From the human T2T-CHM13v2.0 reference genome, Homo sapiens, in assembly GCF_009914755.1 (NCBI RefSeq), contig NC_060938.1: DNA of 64,000 bases; one strand, given 5' to 3'. The translations under genes and the position numbers were made by a program. Below the pieces are notes generated by a model. That model ran no database searches and was not told the DNA's origin. It was given only the letters and a program-made list of their open reading frames with translations. Shown piece by piece: positions 48,708 through 63,304 of the stretch. How positions within the stretch are numbered: the stretch's first letter is position 1; every line of letters begins with the position of its first letter.

Positions 48708-49402
48708 GTAGGTGGGAAATTCTGATCATTGAAACATCTTTGATTACTCAGATAGTTGGTAATATTAAGTATTATAATTATCTTGGAATGTTATGTAAGC
48801 TTTTATTATGTGGAAAGAGGAATAAATTTTGTTGCTAATCACAACCTACATGCTTGCTTTTGACATTTTTTCATATGCCTTATGAAATGTTTAGAAATTT
48901 TACTGTTTTTAGATAGAAGTTTCTCCTTATTCATTTTAATGGATAAAGAGAAACAGGAATTCTGTCTTGTCTAAGGTAGTTCAGAGTAATGAAGGAATGA
49001 GAAAATAGTACCTAAGTTGAGTTATTTATTTATGGCATTAAATTGACACAGTGCCTGGCACATGATAGATGCTTATTTTTTTTGAAACTTAATGATTTGC
49101 TAAATATACATTATTGTGATTGCTATAACACCTTATATCCAAAACAGTGAAGGATGCATTTTATATAGTAAGTAGTATCTATTTTCAAACACTCAGGTAT
49201 CATTCCATTTTAATTTTCTAAAATGATTTTTCTGTTACAATTGGTATCCTTTTATTTTAATGATTACTGTTAAAACAACTAATTCTGTGTCATTATTTTT
49301 GTGTTCTGTTTTCTGCTTTATTCAGAGTATCCCATAAATAAGGATCCAGAAAGTCTTTCTGAACGAGTATGAGGACTGTGTCTTTGCTTTTAAATTGGCA
49401 TG

Positions 49403-49502
49403 TTTTCTATTTTTTGTTATAATTTTTATGAGTAGTATTGTATAAACTTAGTATTTTCTATTTTTTGTTATAATTTTTATGAGTAGTATTGTATAAACTT
49501 AG
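49403..49502. repeat. Perfect tandem duplication, period 51 bp
   Basis: ttttctattttttgttataatttttatgagtagtattgtataaacttag at 49403 and 49454. Confidence 0.92.
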
Positions 49503-51536
49503 GTACTTTTTAAGTGAGTGATTTTCTAAATTTTTTTTTTAGTACCAAAAGTAGAAGACTTTTATGAAGCATTTGTAAAGTACTAAGGATCAATGTGCTA
49601 AAGGTAGAAGTTATACAGACTCAGGTTAGAAATAGGAAGCATATAGATAGGAATATTCTCTCTGCTCTTGATGAAATAGAGGAAGCAGGCAGGTTTCTAA
49701 GGTATAACGACCTAGGAAGACACTTGCTGAAAGATGTTAACACAAGTAAGAATTGGCATATGGAAATGCTTGGTAAATAGTTACCAAACACATAAGTACA
49801 AAAGTACTTAAATTACCTGATGGGCCAAAGAGGGTGTCTTTTCATAGACTAGTTCTTCTGTGATTTAAAGTATAGGAAAAATCTATGACTACAAGAACTT
49901 TACTGATGATGGAAAAAAAATATTTGTAGGAAACACACATAGCATTTTCTATATCCCAGACACTGTGCTGAGTGCTTTGTAACTCACTTAATCCTCCCAG
50001 TAACCCAGTGAGGCAAGTACTATTGTTCCCATTTTATGAAAGGGGAGACACAGGGAGATTAGCATATTTATCTAAGGCCACAGAGTTTGTAAGTGATTGG
50101 AAGCTACTTGGAACTTAGACAGTATGGCCCTGAAGTTTTTGATATGTTCTCCTACAAATCTTTTTTATTTCTAAATAAATATCCCACTAGGCTTTTATTT
50201 ATTTATTTTTCTTTAAGTTGTCAGTTACCCTAGGCTTTTAAAAATGCATATATACTTACAATAGATATTAGTGGGATTATATTACACATACTGATCTATA
50301 ATCTGATATTTTTCACTTAATGCATTTAGAACCACTTTCCTTATCAGTTATAGTGAACTCACAAGTAATCTTTATGCAGTTCTTATAGTTTATATAAGTT
50401 AATTCACATGACTAACTGCTTTGAGAACCACTGAATGTTTTGTTTTTTTTTTCCATAACACATGCCTCTTTCTTAAAGTCATTTATTTAGCATTTGCTGT
50501 GTACCTGTTGATAGGCTATTTAAGTTGTAGGAATGAAGGCCCAAAGAAGCCATGTGTAAATAGCGTTGCCTGTGAGTTGGTCAGAAGGATAGAGGAGGAG
50601 GCGTGTGTTAAAAAAGATATTCTAAGTGGTATACAGTAATAATGGAAATATTTTTATTGTGCTTGTGCATTAGGCTTGTACCATTGGATGTACCCTGCAC
50701 ATTATCTCTGAGATAATGTCTAATTTAAATCCTTCTTTAGCATGAGGACTTTGTGATCTGGTCTAACATCCAGGTCCAATCCCTGGTGGTTCCTGAGCTC
50801 TAGACACACCTAAGTCTGATAACTTCCCAAAGGGCAGTGTTGTTTTATATCTTTATGACTGTAATACCTTTTCCTCTTTCCACTTGTCTAGTGGACTTAT
50901 ATTCCCTGAGACCACACAGTTTTGTGTCTTCTCTGTGAAATTTTCTCTGGTTCTCCTATACTGAGATACCTAGTCTGTTATTTGTGCCATGACTTTACCT
51001 ACATTTATTTACATTTATATTAGCACCAGTAACACTGCTTTGAATTTATGTCTCTTATATCCTCAACATGCCTGTCAGTTTCTGAGGCTTAATTCTTTGT
51101 ATCTCTAATATTTAGGAATAGAGCTCAATATATATTAGGCAGTCAGCCAGTCTTTACTGAATAAATGTTAGCTTTATAATACAAAAAACTGCTGAAAAAA
51201 TACTGCTTAATATTATGCACATTTTGTCACTGTTTTAAAGAAGTTGTTACATGATGTAGCAATAAGTCATTTTAGATTTATGTACTGTATGTAGTTATTT
51301 TGAAATTTTACCTTAAGTTTTTAATTCATTTGTTGACCATTCTGAGTTTTAATATTCATCTGTAATTAAATCTGTTTTTTCATACTACATATTTGAGAGT
51401 TACTTCCTTATTTTTAATTTTTTAACATAAGGCAATCTTTGTTAATTTTTTTCCACCTGGTGCTGAAATGGGCCGTTAGCCTCTGTATCCATTGACTTTG
51501 CAAAATTTAAATTAGATTCCAATGTTATTTATATAC

Positions 51537-52394
<858 letters not shown>

Positions 52395-53461
52395 TCATTT
52401 TCAGATGAAGATGCCATACTTATTTTAAAATATTTCATATTTGAGGTTCCAAAGGTATATTCAAATTGTGATAGTGTAGATATTTTAGCTCCTCAACCTG
52501 GTATTTTTGATTACAATTTGTATGTATACAAATTATTGCATGTTTTTATAAAATAGTGAAATGATATTTTTTTCAAAAATCTTTTTATAGATTAGCTTAA
52601 AACTAATCCACATTTCTTTGTGCAGAGTATTGGCAGTTGTATATGCTAATGTGATTAGGAGAAAGGTTTGGACTTGTGTTGTAGTTTTGAGAGTCATCAT
52701 GGTATACTTATTTCAAGCTGTATGAATGAGATTGGCCAGAAGTATGTATTAATAAAAATAGATGAGAACCAAATGGAGAGTGGAATACTTGGGTATAGTA
52801 GCATTTAGGGCAGGTAAGAAGGGGAATAAGACATAGAGCAGCAGTCAGAGGCTTGGAGGACCATACTACAAAACAAGTGTCCATTTAATTTTATATATGA
52901 GGTAATTGATAATCTTAATTGGGCAGTTTCATTGGATTTTTGCGTACTCACATGTGGATGAGGAGTATTTGGGAGGTGGGAAGGAAATGCTATATTTGTT
53001 GGTTATTTACAAGTGATCATTTAGAATTTAAATATGGATTACAGTATTTAATTTTACTGTAACTTTTATGTCTTTGTAGTAAAATAGATTCTATGACACA
53101 CGAATAGGTATTATCATCTTATTTTACAATTGAGGAAACTAAGATTTAGAGAAAAGAAAACCTTCCCTAGTCAGATAACCAGTAACAGACAGAACTGAGG
53201 TTTGAATTTATGCCCGTCCATGCCTTCTCCATTCCACTGTAAAGGTAGGAAGAAATTGAAGATGTCTATAGACTGTTTTATCATATGGTAGTGTTTTATC
53301 ATATATGGTAGGATTTTACTATAGAAAAGAAGGAGAAAAGGTATGATATTTTGGTTTCTTTTTTAAATCAAATCCTTTGAAAGAGTAGTATATAGTAGGA
53401 ATCTCAATATGAGATCTAAAATTATGATTCAAATACATATATTTTTATTGTCTTCCTTTAG

Positions 53462-53627
53462 ATTTAAAGAACATGTACAGAATAATTTGCCTAGAGATCT
53501 TTTAACTGGTGAACAGTTTATTCAGTTGCGAAGGGAATTAGCTTCTGTAAATGGTCATAGTGGTGATGATGGTCCTCCTGGTGATGATCTACCATCGGGA
53601 ATTGAAGACATAACCGATCCTGCAAAG
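53462..53627 (+). CDS. PRPF39: PRPF39 exon 6 ([14 protein letters not shown]...EDITDPAK)
   Basis: cctttAG acceptor and AAG|GTAACC donor. 166 nt, phase 2 to 0. Confidence 0.95.
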
Positions 53628-53657
53628 GTAACCAGTCTTATTCTAAAGTTCGTCAGT

Positions 53658-54016
<359 letters not shown>

Positions 54017-54425
54017 TTATATAACTGGCCATTTACCCAGTGACTTGTAGCTTGTTTGAAGTTAATTTCTGATTAAGGCAAGTGGGGATTCAGTAGCTTG
54101 TATGTATAGATTTAAGGTAGAGAATCTATTTTACTACAAGACACCCCAAAAAAAACTTAGCTTAGAAGGAATATTTTGCCTAGGTTGTGTATCTACTAGC
54201 CCAATTTAAGAAAAAAAGAAAAAATATGAAAGTGGTTAATTAGGAAGTTGTGTGATAAGTTTTAGTGTTGTTAATTGGATTTTGCACATAATTGCCAACA
54301 GTTAAAAATCTACCACTATTCTAAGACTAAAATATCTGTGAATAATACTTAAATATAAGCAGTGATATTGAAAATTTTCAGTATACAGTTTGTGAGATTT
54401 ATTTTTTTCCCTTTTTCTTCCCAAG

Positions 54426-54533
54426 CTAATTACAGAAATAGAAAACATGAGACATAGAATCATTGAGATTCATCAAGAAATGTTTAATTATAATGAGCAT
54501 GAAGTTAGTAAAAGGTGGACATTTGAAGAAGGT
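54426..54533 (+). CDS. PRPF39: PRPF39 exon 7 (LITEIENMRHRIIEIHQEMFNYNEHEVSKRWTFEEG)
   Basis: Long pyrimidine tract with an AAG-type acceptor, and GGT|GTAAGT donor. 108 nt. Confidence 0.93.
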
Positions 54534-55626
54534 GTAAGTGTTTTTGTTTTGTAATAGTCTTTAAAATACAAAGTAGGAATAATTTATTTTTCTTTCAATT
54601 TTGATAGTACTATCTCTGTTGTAACTTTATTTTTGCATATTTAAGCCATAACTTCAGATGTTTGTCTCATTTATTGTAATCATTATCAGTTTTTCCATTT
54701 TCCCTGATGAGTTTTAGAATGTTTGAATCCAGATTTACTTGAATTGCAAGATATCTGCTTAATCTGAACAATTTTATTCTAATTGTTCAATTTTTAAAAG
54801 TCAACTTCTTGGGGTTATACTTTACATACATTACAATTCACCCATTTTAGATATATAGTAAAATGAGGTAATTTCCCACAGTTTTAATTCTTTGGTTTTT
54901 TTTGACTGCTTTACTGAGATATAATTCACATGCCATATAATTCACCCATTTAAAGTATACAGTTCAATAGTTCTTAGTATATTCACAGATATGTACAACC
55001 ATCACCACAGTCAATTTTAAAACATAATCACCACCTCAAAAAATAACACCTTAACTTTTAGTTGTCACTACCCCTACCTCCTCAGCTGCGACCCTCTACC
55101 CCCAGTGCTAAGATACCACCAACTGCTTTTTGTTTCTGTAGATTTCCCTATAATGGCCTTTCATATGAATGGAATCTTAGAATATGGAATCATTTCACAG
55201 ATATATGTATATACATTGTAGTCATCACAGCAATCAAGATACAGAACTCTTTTAGCACTCCAAAGGTCCCCTTGGCCCCTTTCCAGCCAGAGTTCCCCTC
55301 TCCACTCCTAGCACTAGGCAGCCATTGATCTGCTTTCTGTCACTATGGTTGTTCAATTTTAAAATATTCAACAAAGTATAAAATGTTCTGTACATTAAAA
55401 AGCATGTAATTGGCAAAATGGCAGAATAGAGAGAAAATGTATTATTTCATTTGTTTGTAAAGCTTAAGGAATTTAAGGGTTAATTTTAAAAGTTTTTTAA
55501 ATTATGAAATATGATTAAAAATTTTAATCATCAATTATATTTAAAATTATTTGTATTAACACTGTACATGTGCATATTTTGGTGATATTGGTTTACTTTC
55601 ATTGGCATGTTACAATTTCATTTCAG

Positions 55627-55791
55627 ATTAAAAGACCTTACTTTCATGTGAAACCTTTGGAAAAGGCACAACTAAAAAACTGGAAAGAATACTTAGAATT
55701 TGAAATTGAAAATGGGACTCATGAACGAGTTGTGGTTCTCTTTGAAAGATGTGTCATATCATGTGCCCTCTATGAGGAGTTTTGGATTAAG
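55627..55791 (+). CDS. PRPF39: PRPF39 exon 8 ([23 protein letters not shown]...YEEFWIK)
   Basis: tttcAG acceptor and AAG|GTAAGA donor. 165 nt; conserved Prp39 [11 protein letters not shown] motif. Confidence 0.96.
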
Positions 55792-56104
55792 GTAAGAAAA
55801 TCATGTGCTCTTAAACTTGAATATATTATAAACATTGATCTAGTGACTAACCTTTTTTGTACTTCTGTTGAATGTTGTTCATATAACTATATCTGTTGCA
55901 TTAGGAGATGGTCTGCTTGCAACCAGATTTGACTGCTGCATATGCCAACCTCGTTGCCTCTCTTCGTCCTTCCTTACAGAAACTAGTCTAGTGGTTCAAT
56001 AAAGGTGCTGAATGGGTTTAAAAATAGAATTTTATCGTTCTGTCACAAATTTAATGGCTTGTTCAACTGTAAATTATTCAGTATTTCCTCTTTTCTGTAT
56101 GTAG

Positions 56105-56231
56105 TATGCCAAGTACATGGAAAACCATAGCATTGAAGGAGTGAGGCATGTCTTCAGCAGAGCTTGTACTATACATCTCCCAAAGAAACCCATGGTGCAT
56201 ATGCTTTGGGCAGCTTTTGAGGAACAGCAGG
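56105..56231 (+). CDS. PRPF39: PRPF39 exon 9 (YAKYMENHSIEGVRHVFSRAC...AFEEQQ-G)
   Basis: TAG acceptor and AGG|GTAAGA donor. 127 nt, phase 0 to 1. Confidence 0.94.
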
Positions 56232-56321
56232 GTAAGAGTGGAGAAATTCAGTTGACATTTTTGAGATTTTAAGTTATTTCAGGAAACAGTGACAAATTGA
56301 GTGGTAAGGGATGGTGTAAAG

Positions 56322-56499
56322 CAGAGTTTGGCAAACTTTTTCTCTAAAGGGCCAGATAGTAAAAGCCACGTGTTCTGACTTTCAGGCTTTGTAAGCCATT
56401 GTAGCCCCGAAACAGCCATAGGCAGTGTGTAAATATGCATGGCTGTTTCCCATTATTAGTTGCTGGATTTAGCCCATGGGTGATTGTTGCCAGTATCTG
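56322..56499 (+). mobile_element. MER58A-like hAT element in PRPF39 intron 9
   Basis: cagagtttggcaaactttt..taaagggccagatagtaaa...gctggatttagcccatggg. Confidence 0.7.
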
Positions 56500-56559
56500 G
56501 TTATAAACGTTATTTTGGTTGTTTAAACCAAAGCATAAACATTTAATTACTGTTTCTAG

Positions 56560-56828
56560 GTAATATTAATGAAGCCAGGAATATCTTGAAAACATTTGAA
56601 GAATGTGTTCTAGGATTGGCAATGGTTCGTTTACGAAGAGTAAGTTTAGAACGACGGCATGGAAATCTGGAAGAAGCTGAACATTTGCTTCAGGATGCCA
56701 TTAAGAATGCCAAATCAAATAATGAATCTTCATTTTATGCTGTCAAACTAGCCCGGCATCTTTTCAAAATACAGAAAAACCTTCCAAAATCAAGAAAGGT
56801 GCTTTTGGAAGCAATCGAAAGAGACAAA
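56560..56828 (+). CDS. PRPF39: PRPF39 exon 10 (NINEARNILKTFEE...LEAIERDK)
   Basis: tttctAG acceptor and AAA|GTATGC donor. 269 nt, phase 1 to 0. Confidence 0.94.
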
Positions 56829-56893
56829 GTATGCATTTGTATTTTTAAGAGTATCTTCTATTAAAAAAACCAGTGGTCAGTGTATTTTCACTG

Positions 56894-56979
56894 TGGCAAC
56901 TGTGATGAAAGATTTGGTCTGTATGTAATAGATTTTATTACTAAATGAGGACAACAGTCCCTCTAAACTGATGTTGCCA
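56894..56979 (+). ncRNA. SNORD127: C/D box snoRNA SNORD127 in PRPF39 intron 10
   Basis: Terminal stem TGGCAAC/GTTGCCA, C box GTGATGA 56902-56908, D box CTGA 56968-56971. Guide GTCCCTCTAA is complementary to 18S rRNA UUAGAGGGAC (recalled target Gm1447). Confidence 0.9.
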
Positions 56980-57343
56980 TTTAAAAATTTTTTTCAAATT
57001 GTTTTGAATTAAAAGTTTTAGACATTAAGATTATTGGGTTAAAATTGTTGTAGACATTGTGATACTTTATATTTTCCCTTTAGAAATTATCAACAAATTT
57101 ACTGATTACTAAGTAGAACAGAGGACTTGGGAGAATACTTCATAAACAAAAGCATAGGCGTTGCCTATGTTGTAAGCACATTTAGAAGTGAGATGATTTT
57201 GCTTCTCCATAGAGTACTTTTTATATTTTTTATATATCAATTGAAAAAGGCAGTGTATAGGTAATAGGTAATTTCTCAAGTTTTAGGATTTTAGTTATTG
57301 CCAGGTCTGTTTAAGATACAGATTTATAGCAGTTTGCTTCTAG

Positions 57344-57979
<636 letters not shown>

Positions 57980-58328
57980 TAAATTATTTGAAGCATAGAG
58001 ATTTTTTTTTATGTTTTGTTTTCTAATTGTCATGGTAGGTCATGTCATACTAAATACAAGATAGGCTATAGAGTTTTAATTTACTGTCATTGAACAATTT
58101 GCATTGTTTAGGAGGTACTAGGATGATCAACTGATTGAAAAATTCATCAGTGTGTTAATGAATTTTTTCACCCCTTTAGATATATGCTGAAAACATTTAG
58201 CATGAGTTGTATTTTAATACAATTTTCAATATTTTTTCAAATTGAGACATAAAAACTAAGGCATTTTAAATATCTGTGCTCTAATAAAAATATTTTAGAA
58301 ATATTCATTGATGCTGCTTTTTACACAG

Positions 58329-58513
58329 GAGAACACAAAGTTATACCTCAATTTACTTGAAATGGAATATAGTGGTGACCTCAAACAAAATGAAGAAAAT
58401 ATCCTAAATTGTTTTGACAAAGCTGTACATGGTTCATTACCTATTAAAATGAGAATTACATTTTCTCAGAGAAAAGTGGAATTTCTTGAAGATTTTGGTT
58501 CCGATGTTAATAA
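58329..58513 (+). CDS. PRPF39: PRPF39 exon 11 (ENTKLYLNLLEMEY...FLEDFGSDVN-K)
   Basis: acacAG acceptor and TAA|GTAAGA donor. 185 nt. Confidence 0.94.
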
Positions 58514-60193
58514 GTAAGATATTAGTTATATTACCTATTTGAATGATAAATGAGCATTGATATTTTTGTATGGGGATTTGATGATTAGTATAGATTAATA
58601 CATTGTTAAATTTTAAAATGTTCGCTTAGTTTACTTTTTCCTCAGATATATATGGGGGTAAATTCAATTTTGTAAATGTATATGTACTTAACAGGAAGGC
58701 ATAAGGTTTGTCTTTCCTTCAAAACTGTTTTCCCAATTTTAGAATGACAATTTAAACCATGACTGAATGAGAGAAGGCAGGAAGGAGCAATCCTGTGAAA
58801 AGGGAAATGGGATAAGGATTGAACCCTGAAACCCAAATATTTAATATATAGGTCAATAAAGATGGATGGGATTAATCTCCAGTAGGAGTGCTATTTTCTG
58901 AGATTGGAGAAGAGGATGGATATGGTCCCACAGAACATGCCTAGTGGCCTCATCTTCCTTCATTGTAAAAGCCGAAAGTTGAGGATGGTTGAAGAGAATG
59001 CTCCAGTGGATTTGGGAAAAGGACAAGTTTAAGATTAAATTTACTAAGAGTACAAATATTGGCTAGAGCATTGCTGAAGTTCCAGTCTTATCTGATTGTA
59101 GTAAGCAAATACACCAGTTCCTGTTAGGCATGTGCCTTTTATGATTATTCGCATTTAGATTTCTGTTGAAACCACTGTAGATAAACTGAGAATTAGTTGT
59201 GTCTGGGTGTTTGTATATGTGTGTATATATTTTTGATGGCTGTGTAAAATTTCAGTGCAACTAATATAACAGCTAATGTTTATATTAGTGTATTTTAATG
59301 TATTAATGTATATATTTGCGTGCTTGGCATGATGCCAAATGTTTTATATTAGCTATCTTGCAGAAAATTCATAGCAGTAGAATGAGGGTGTAGGGTTCTG
59401 TTCTCTTAATAGATGAGAGGATTAAACAGAGATTAGGCATTTTTTCTGAGGTCATGTAGCTATTATCACATTGTGGAGCGAGGACTGAACCTACTTCAGA
59501 GTTTCTGCTCTTAACTGCTTGTGTGCTGTGTATTTAGTGTCTTATGTTTACACTGAAGAAGGTACACAAAAGATGAGATATGTAATTCTAGCTTCTAGTC
59601 TGGTTGAATGATATGATTAACAGGAAGTAAGTGTATGAGGTAGCAAATAACTGCTAGGAGGGCTGTGATGTCTCTCGATCAGAATGGATTTGTCATGCTT
59701 CATAGAGGAGGTTGGGCTTCATTTAGTTATTACTGGATTCTGATAAACTGAGCAGAGGACACAGTGGCGGAAGCAAGTTGAATCTCATCTAAAAGTAACA
59801 TCTGCTTGATTGGAGGTTTTTGTGAAGTAGTGGAAGCGTGATCTTGACTGTGTTGTGCATTGAAAGCTAGACTGAATTGATAGCACATGCAGTAGGTAGC
59901 TGACAGTAGTAAGCTATTGGAATTTTGACCAGTGATGTTAAATGACATTATTTTAATTTGGTAAAAACAGGCAGACAAATCGGAGATTCAACACAAGTGT
60001 CATTTAGTCCATTATAAGTATAGGGAATGGAGTGTCTGAGTATCAGGACTATGATTTTAGTAGTAGAAATTTTAAAAATAAAGGAGCCGCTTAGAAATTT
60101 TCTTAGGCAGTTTCCTAAGTAAAAACAACTTTAAATATTTAATAAAGTTTGTTTTTTGTATATTCCAGAGGATATTTTTTTCTTTCCTTTCAG

Positions 60194-60268
60194 GCTTCTG
60201 AATGCTTATGATGAACATCAAACACTCCTGAAAGAACAGGATTCTTTAAAAAGGAAAGCAGAAAATGG
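60194..60268 (+). CDS. PRPF39: PRPF39 exon 12 (LLNAYDEHQTLLKEQDSLKRKAEN-G)
   Basis: Long pyrimidine tract + CAG acceptor, TGG|GTATGT donor. 75 nt. Confidence 0.93.
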
Positions 60269-60504
60269 GTATGTCACTTTTTGCTAAGTCAAGAAGGCGT
60301 GCTTCATTATGGAAATGCCTTCAAAGACAAATGTTTTTAAGTGTTACTTTTATGTTGTAATTTACATACTTTATTTTCATGATTTGAAAAAGTCTTGAGT
60401 GATTCAGAACTTCAGTAAAACAAATATACAGATAACATTCATCTATTCGTTAAAGTTCTTACCTGTGGGAGTTTTGAAAGTTTCCATTCTGACGTTTTAT
60501 ATAG

Positions 60505-60625
60505 ATCAGAAGAACCAGAGGAAAAGAAAGCACATACAGAAGATACAACTTCATCATCTACACAGATGATTGATGGTGATTTACAGGCAAACCAAGCTGT
60601 ATATAATTATAGTGCGTGGTATCAA
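60505..60625 (+). CDS. PRPF39: PRPF39 exon 13 (SEEPEEKKAHTED...YNYSAWYQ)
   Basis: Branch-like CTGAC, TAG acceptor, CAA|GTGAGT donor. 121 nt. Confidence 0.92.
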
Positions 60626-60867
60626 GTGAGTCTGCATAATTATAATTCTTTGTTCATAGATGTTATTAGCATAAATTAGGATAGTTTCTTTTTTTTTAAA
60701 AAAAGTTTTTGTTCCAATTGTGTAATACATTCTTTGGTGGTTAAGTACTAGAATTTTAGCAGTGAACACTTGCTTGTTTTCTTAAACATAGCTGCTTTAA
60801 TTATACTTTTACATATGGAACTCTGCCACAGTTCTAATATGCTAACATACTTACTTTTTCCTTTCAG

Positions 60868-60924
60868 TACAATTATCAGAATCCTTGGAATTATGGACAA
60901 TATTATCCTCCCCCTCCAACCTGA
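60868..60924 (+). CDS. PRPF39: PRPF39 exon 14 coding part (YNYQNPWNYGQYYPPPPT*)
   Basis: GCTAAC branch point, pyrimidine tract, CAG acceptor, TGA at 60922-60924. The 13 coding exons sum to 2010 nt = 669 aa + stop. Confidence 0.94.
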   Translation, partial: YNYQNPWNYGQYYPPPPT

Positions 60925-61586
60925 TGGGAAAAATGTAAATTTCAAATGCAGTGTGTGAAAAGTATGAAATTATTATTTTTTTTAATGAGGGATGTAAACA
61001 GTATAAGCTTGTTGTATTTGATAACCTGTCTTCCTTGTTTCTGTGTAACATGATTTGTTTAGTAATAGGGGGAAAATGTCAATTAGTAGCTTACCACAGA
61101 TACTGTTTCCTACCATTTATAAAATTTACTTTTTATTGAAAAACTATTTTTTGATTTTTGCATTAAGTGGTCTAGAATTCTTTTGCAATGCATTTGCAAC
61201 AGAATTTTGTAGCCTTAAGGGGTAGGAAGAAAAACCTGACTGCAAATCATGTCAGTGTAGTACAAAATTCTGAAAACACATAAGGGCTGGTTATTTACCT
61301 CCTTTTTTTTTTTTTTTTTTAAAGAAAAAAGGACTTTTAACCTTTGCTGACAAGGTTTTGTCTGTTTCAGTTATACTTGTGAATTGTGATCTAACTGCAG
61401 AAAGGATACATTATTAAAATACTTTGCCTTGGAATAGATTATAAATGAGAAAATGGAATGTTTGCATCCCTTTAAAAATGAAAATCATATCAAAAGTATG
61501 TTGTTTCAGGAGACTTTGTATTTAGAATATTCATGTAAAACTTGTGAACAAGCTTTCATTTTGATCAAACTGATCTTCATTTTTGT

Positions 61587-61592
61587 AATAAA
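61587..61592 (+). terminator. PRPF39 poly(A) signal AATAAA (a weaker ATTAAA lies at 61413-61418)
   Basis: Canonical hexamer preceded by TGTA and followed by U/GU-rich sequence around 61612-61632. Confidence 0.7.
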
Positions 61593-61604
61593 ACGGAAGA
61601 CTCA

Positions 61605-62208
61605 TCCAGTAATTGTTTATGAATTTATTTTGGGGGGATCAATTAGTAATATTAACCTTATGTTCACCTTTATTAGTGGCTCATTGGTTTTGAAGTACAC
61701 CTTTTCTAAATTCAGGTCTTGATCTTCCTGCCAAGATTTTTCTGCTTTTAGCATTTTGTTTCCCCTCAAGCCTTATGCTTTTGCCTTCTCATTATACAGG
61801 CAATCTGTCCAGATAATTTTACTGGGAGTTACTCCCTGGTTTGATGAGGTCCTTAGTTCCAATTCCCTAATCAGAACAATAATATATTAACACCAAACAA
61901 ATCACAGTCAGATCAAGACAGTGGATCAATTTTTATTGAGCCACTTAAGTTTACAACATGAGGTAAAAGGAAAAAGTTCTCCTTGACCAGTATTTTACAC
62001 AGCTGTAGGAAAGTATTTTAGACCAGGGATTCATAAGGGATTTATCTCTCAAAAGCTGGGACCAAGTAAACAAATTTTATTAACTCCTTGAATTTTCCAG
62101 TTGACTCTTCCTTTACAATAGTAACAAGTTCTAACTAGTTGTGTAAATTTCTTCAAGGCCAAGTTTTATCATTGTTGCTAATATCCTTAGAGCTGAAGCA
62201 CTGCTATT
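61605..62208 (-). other. FKBP3: FKBP3 3' UTR with alternative poly(A) signals; end approximate
   Basis: Minus-strand AATAAA (TTTATT on +) at 62076-62081, 61932-61937, 61669-61674 and 61624-61629. Confidence 0.7.
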
Positions 62209-62263
62209 TCAATCAATATCCACTAATTCCACTTCAAAAGTGAGTTTTGCATTTGGTGGAATT
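62209..62263 (-). CDS. FKBP3: FKBP3 (FKBP25) last coding exon (K-IPPNAKLTFEVELVDID*)
   Basis: Minus-strand ttcttcaacAG acceptor, FKBP-domain C-terminal motif IPPNA.L.FEVEL, stop at 62209-62211. Upstream exons are outside the window. Confidence 0.93.
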
Positions 62264-62585
62264 CTGTTGAAGAAGTCAAGGTACATTTGATAAAAAGTGC
62301 CTCTCCCCTACCCCCATAACCTTAGTGTAGGATAGGCTGACTAGATAGGCTCACTAGATAAATTGAGCTTGGACTAGGATCCTCCTTACCTGGATGCTTT
62401 ACAAGTACTCCTAAATTAGCCACCACTTAATGAAGACTATTAAGTACTCCAAAACAAAAGTAATGTCATTCTAGCTGGGGGGGGGTGGAACAAAAAAAAT
62501 ATATATACATATAGAGAGAGAGTATTAAAGTTTTTATGAGGTAGTACATAATATTTACTGTGCATTTTAAGATGCTAAGTTCAAG

Positions 62586-63304
<719 letters not shown>

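Noticed and set aside
49900-49915. TGATGA motif suggesting another C/D snoRNA
   Set aside because: No terminal stem or rRNA-complementary guide recognised, and the downstream sequence is MIR-like.
54433-54435. CAG 10 nt inside exon 7 as the true acceptor
   Set aside because: It breaks the frame; the AAG at 54423-54425 gives the continuous 669-aa ORF.
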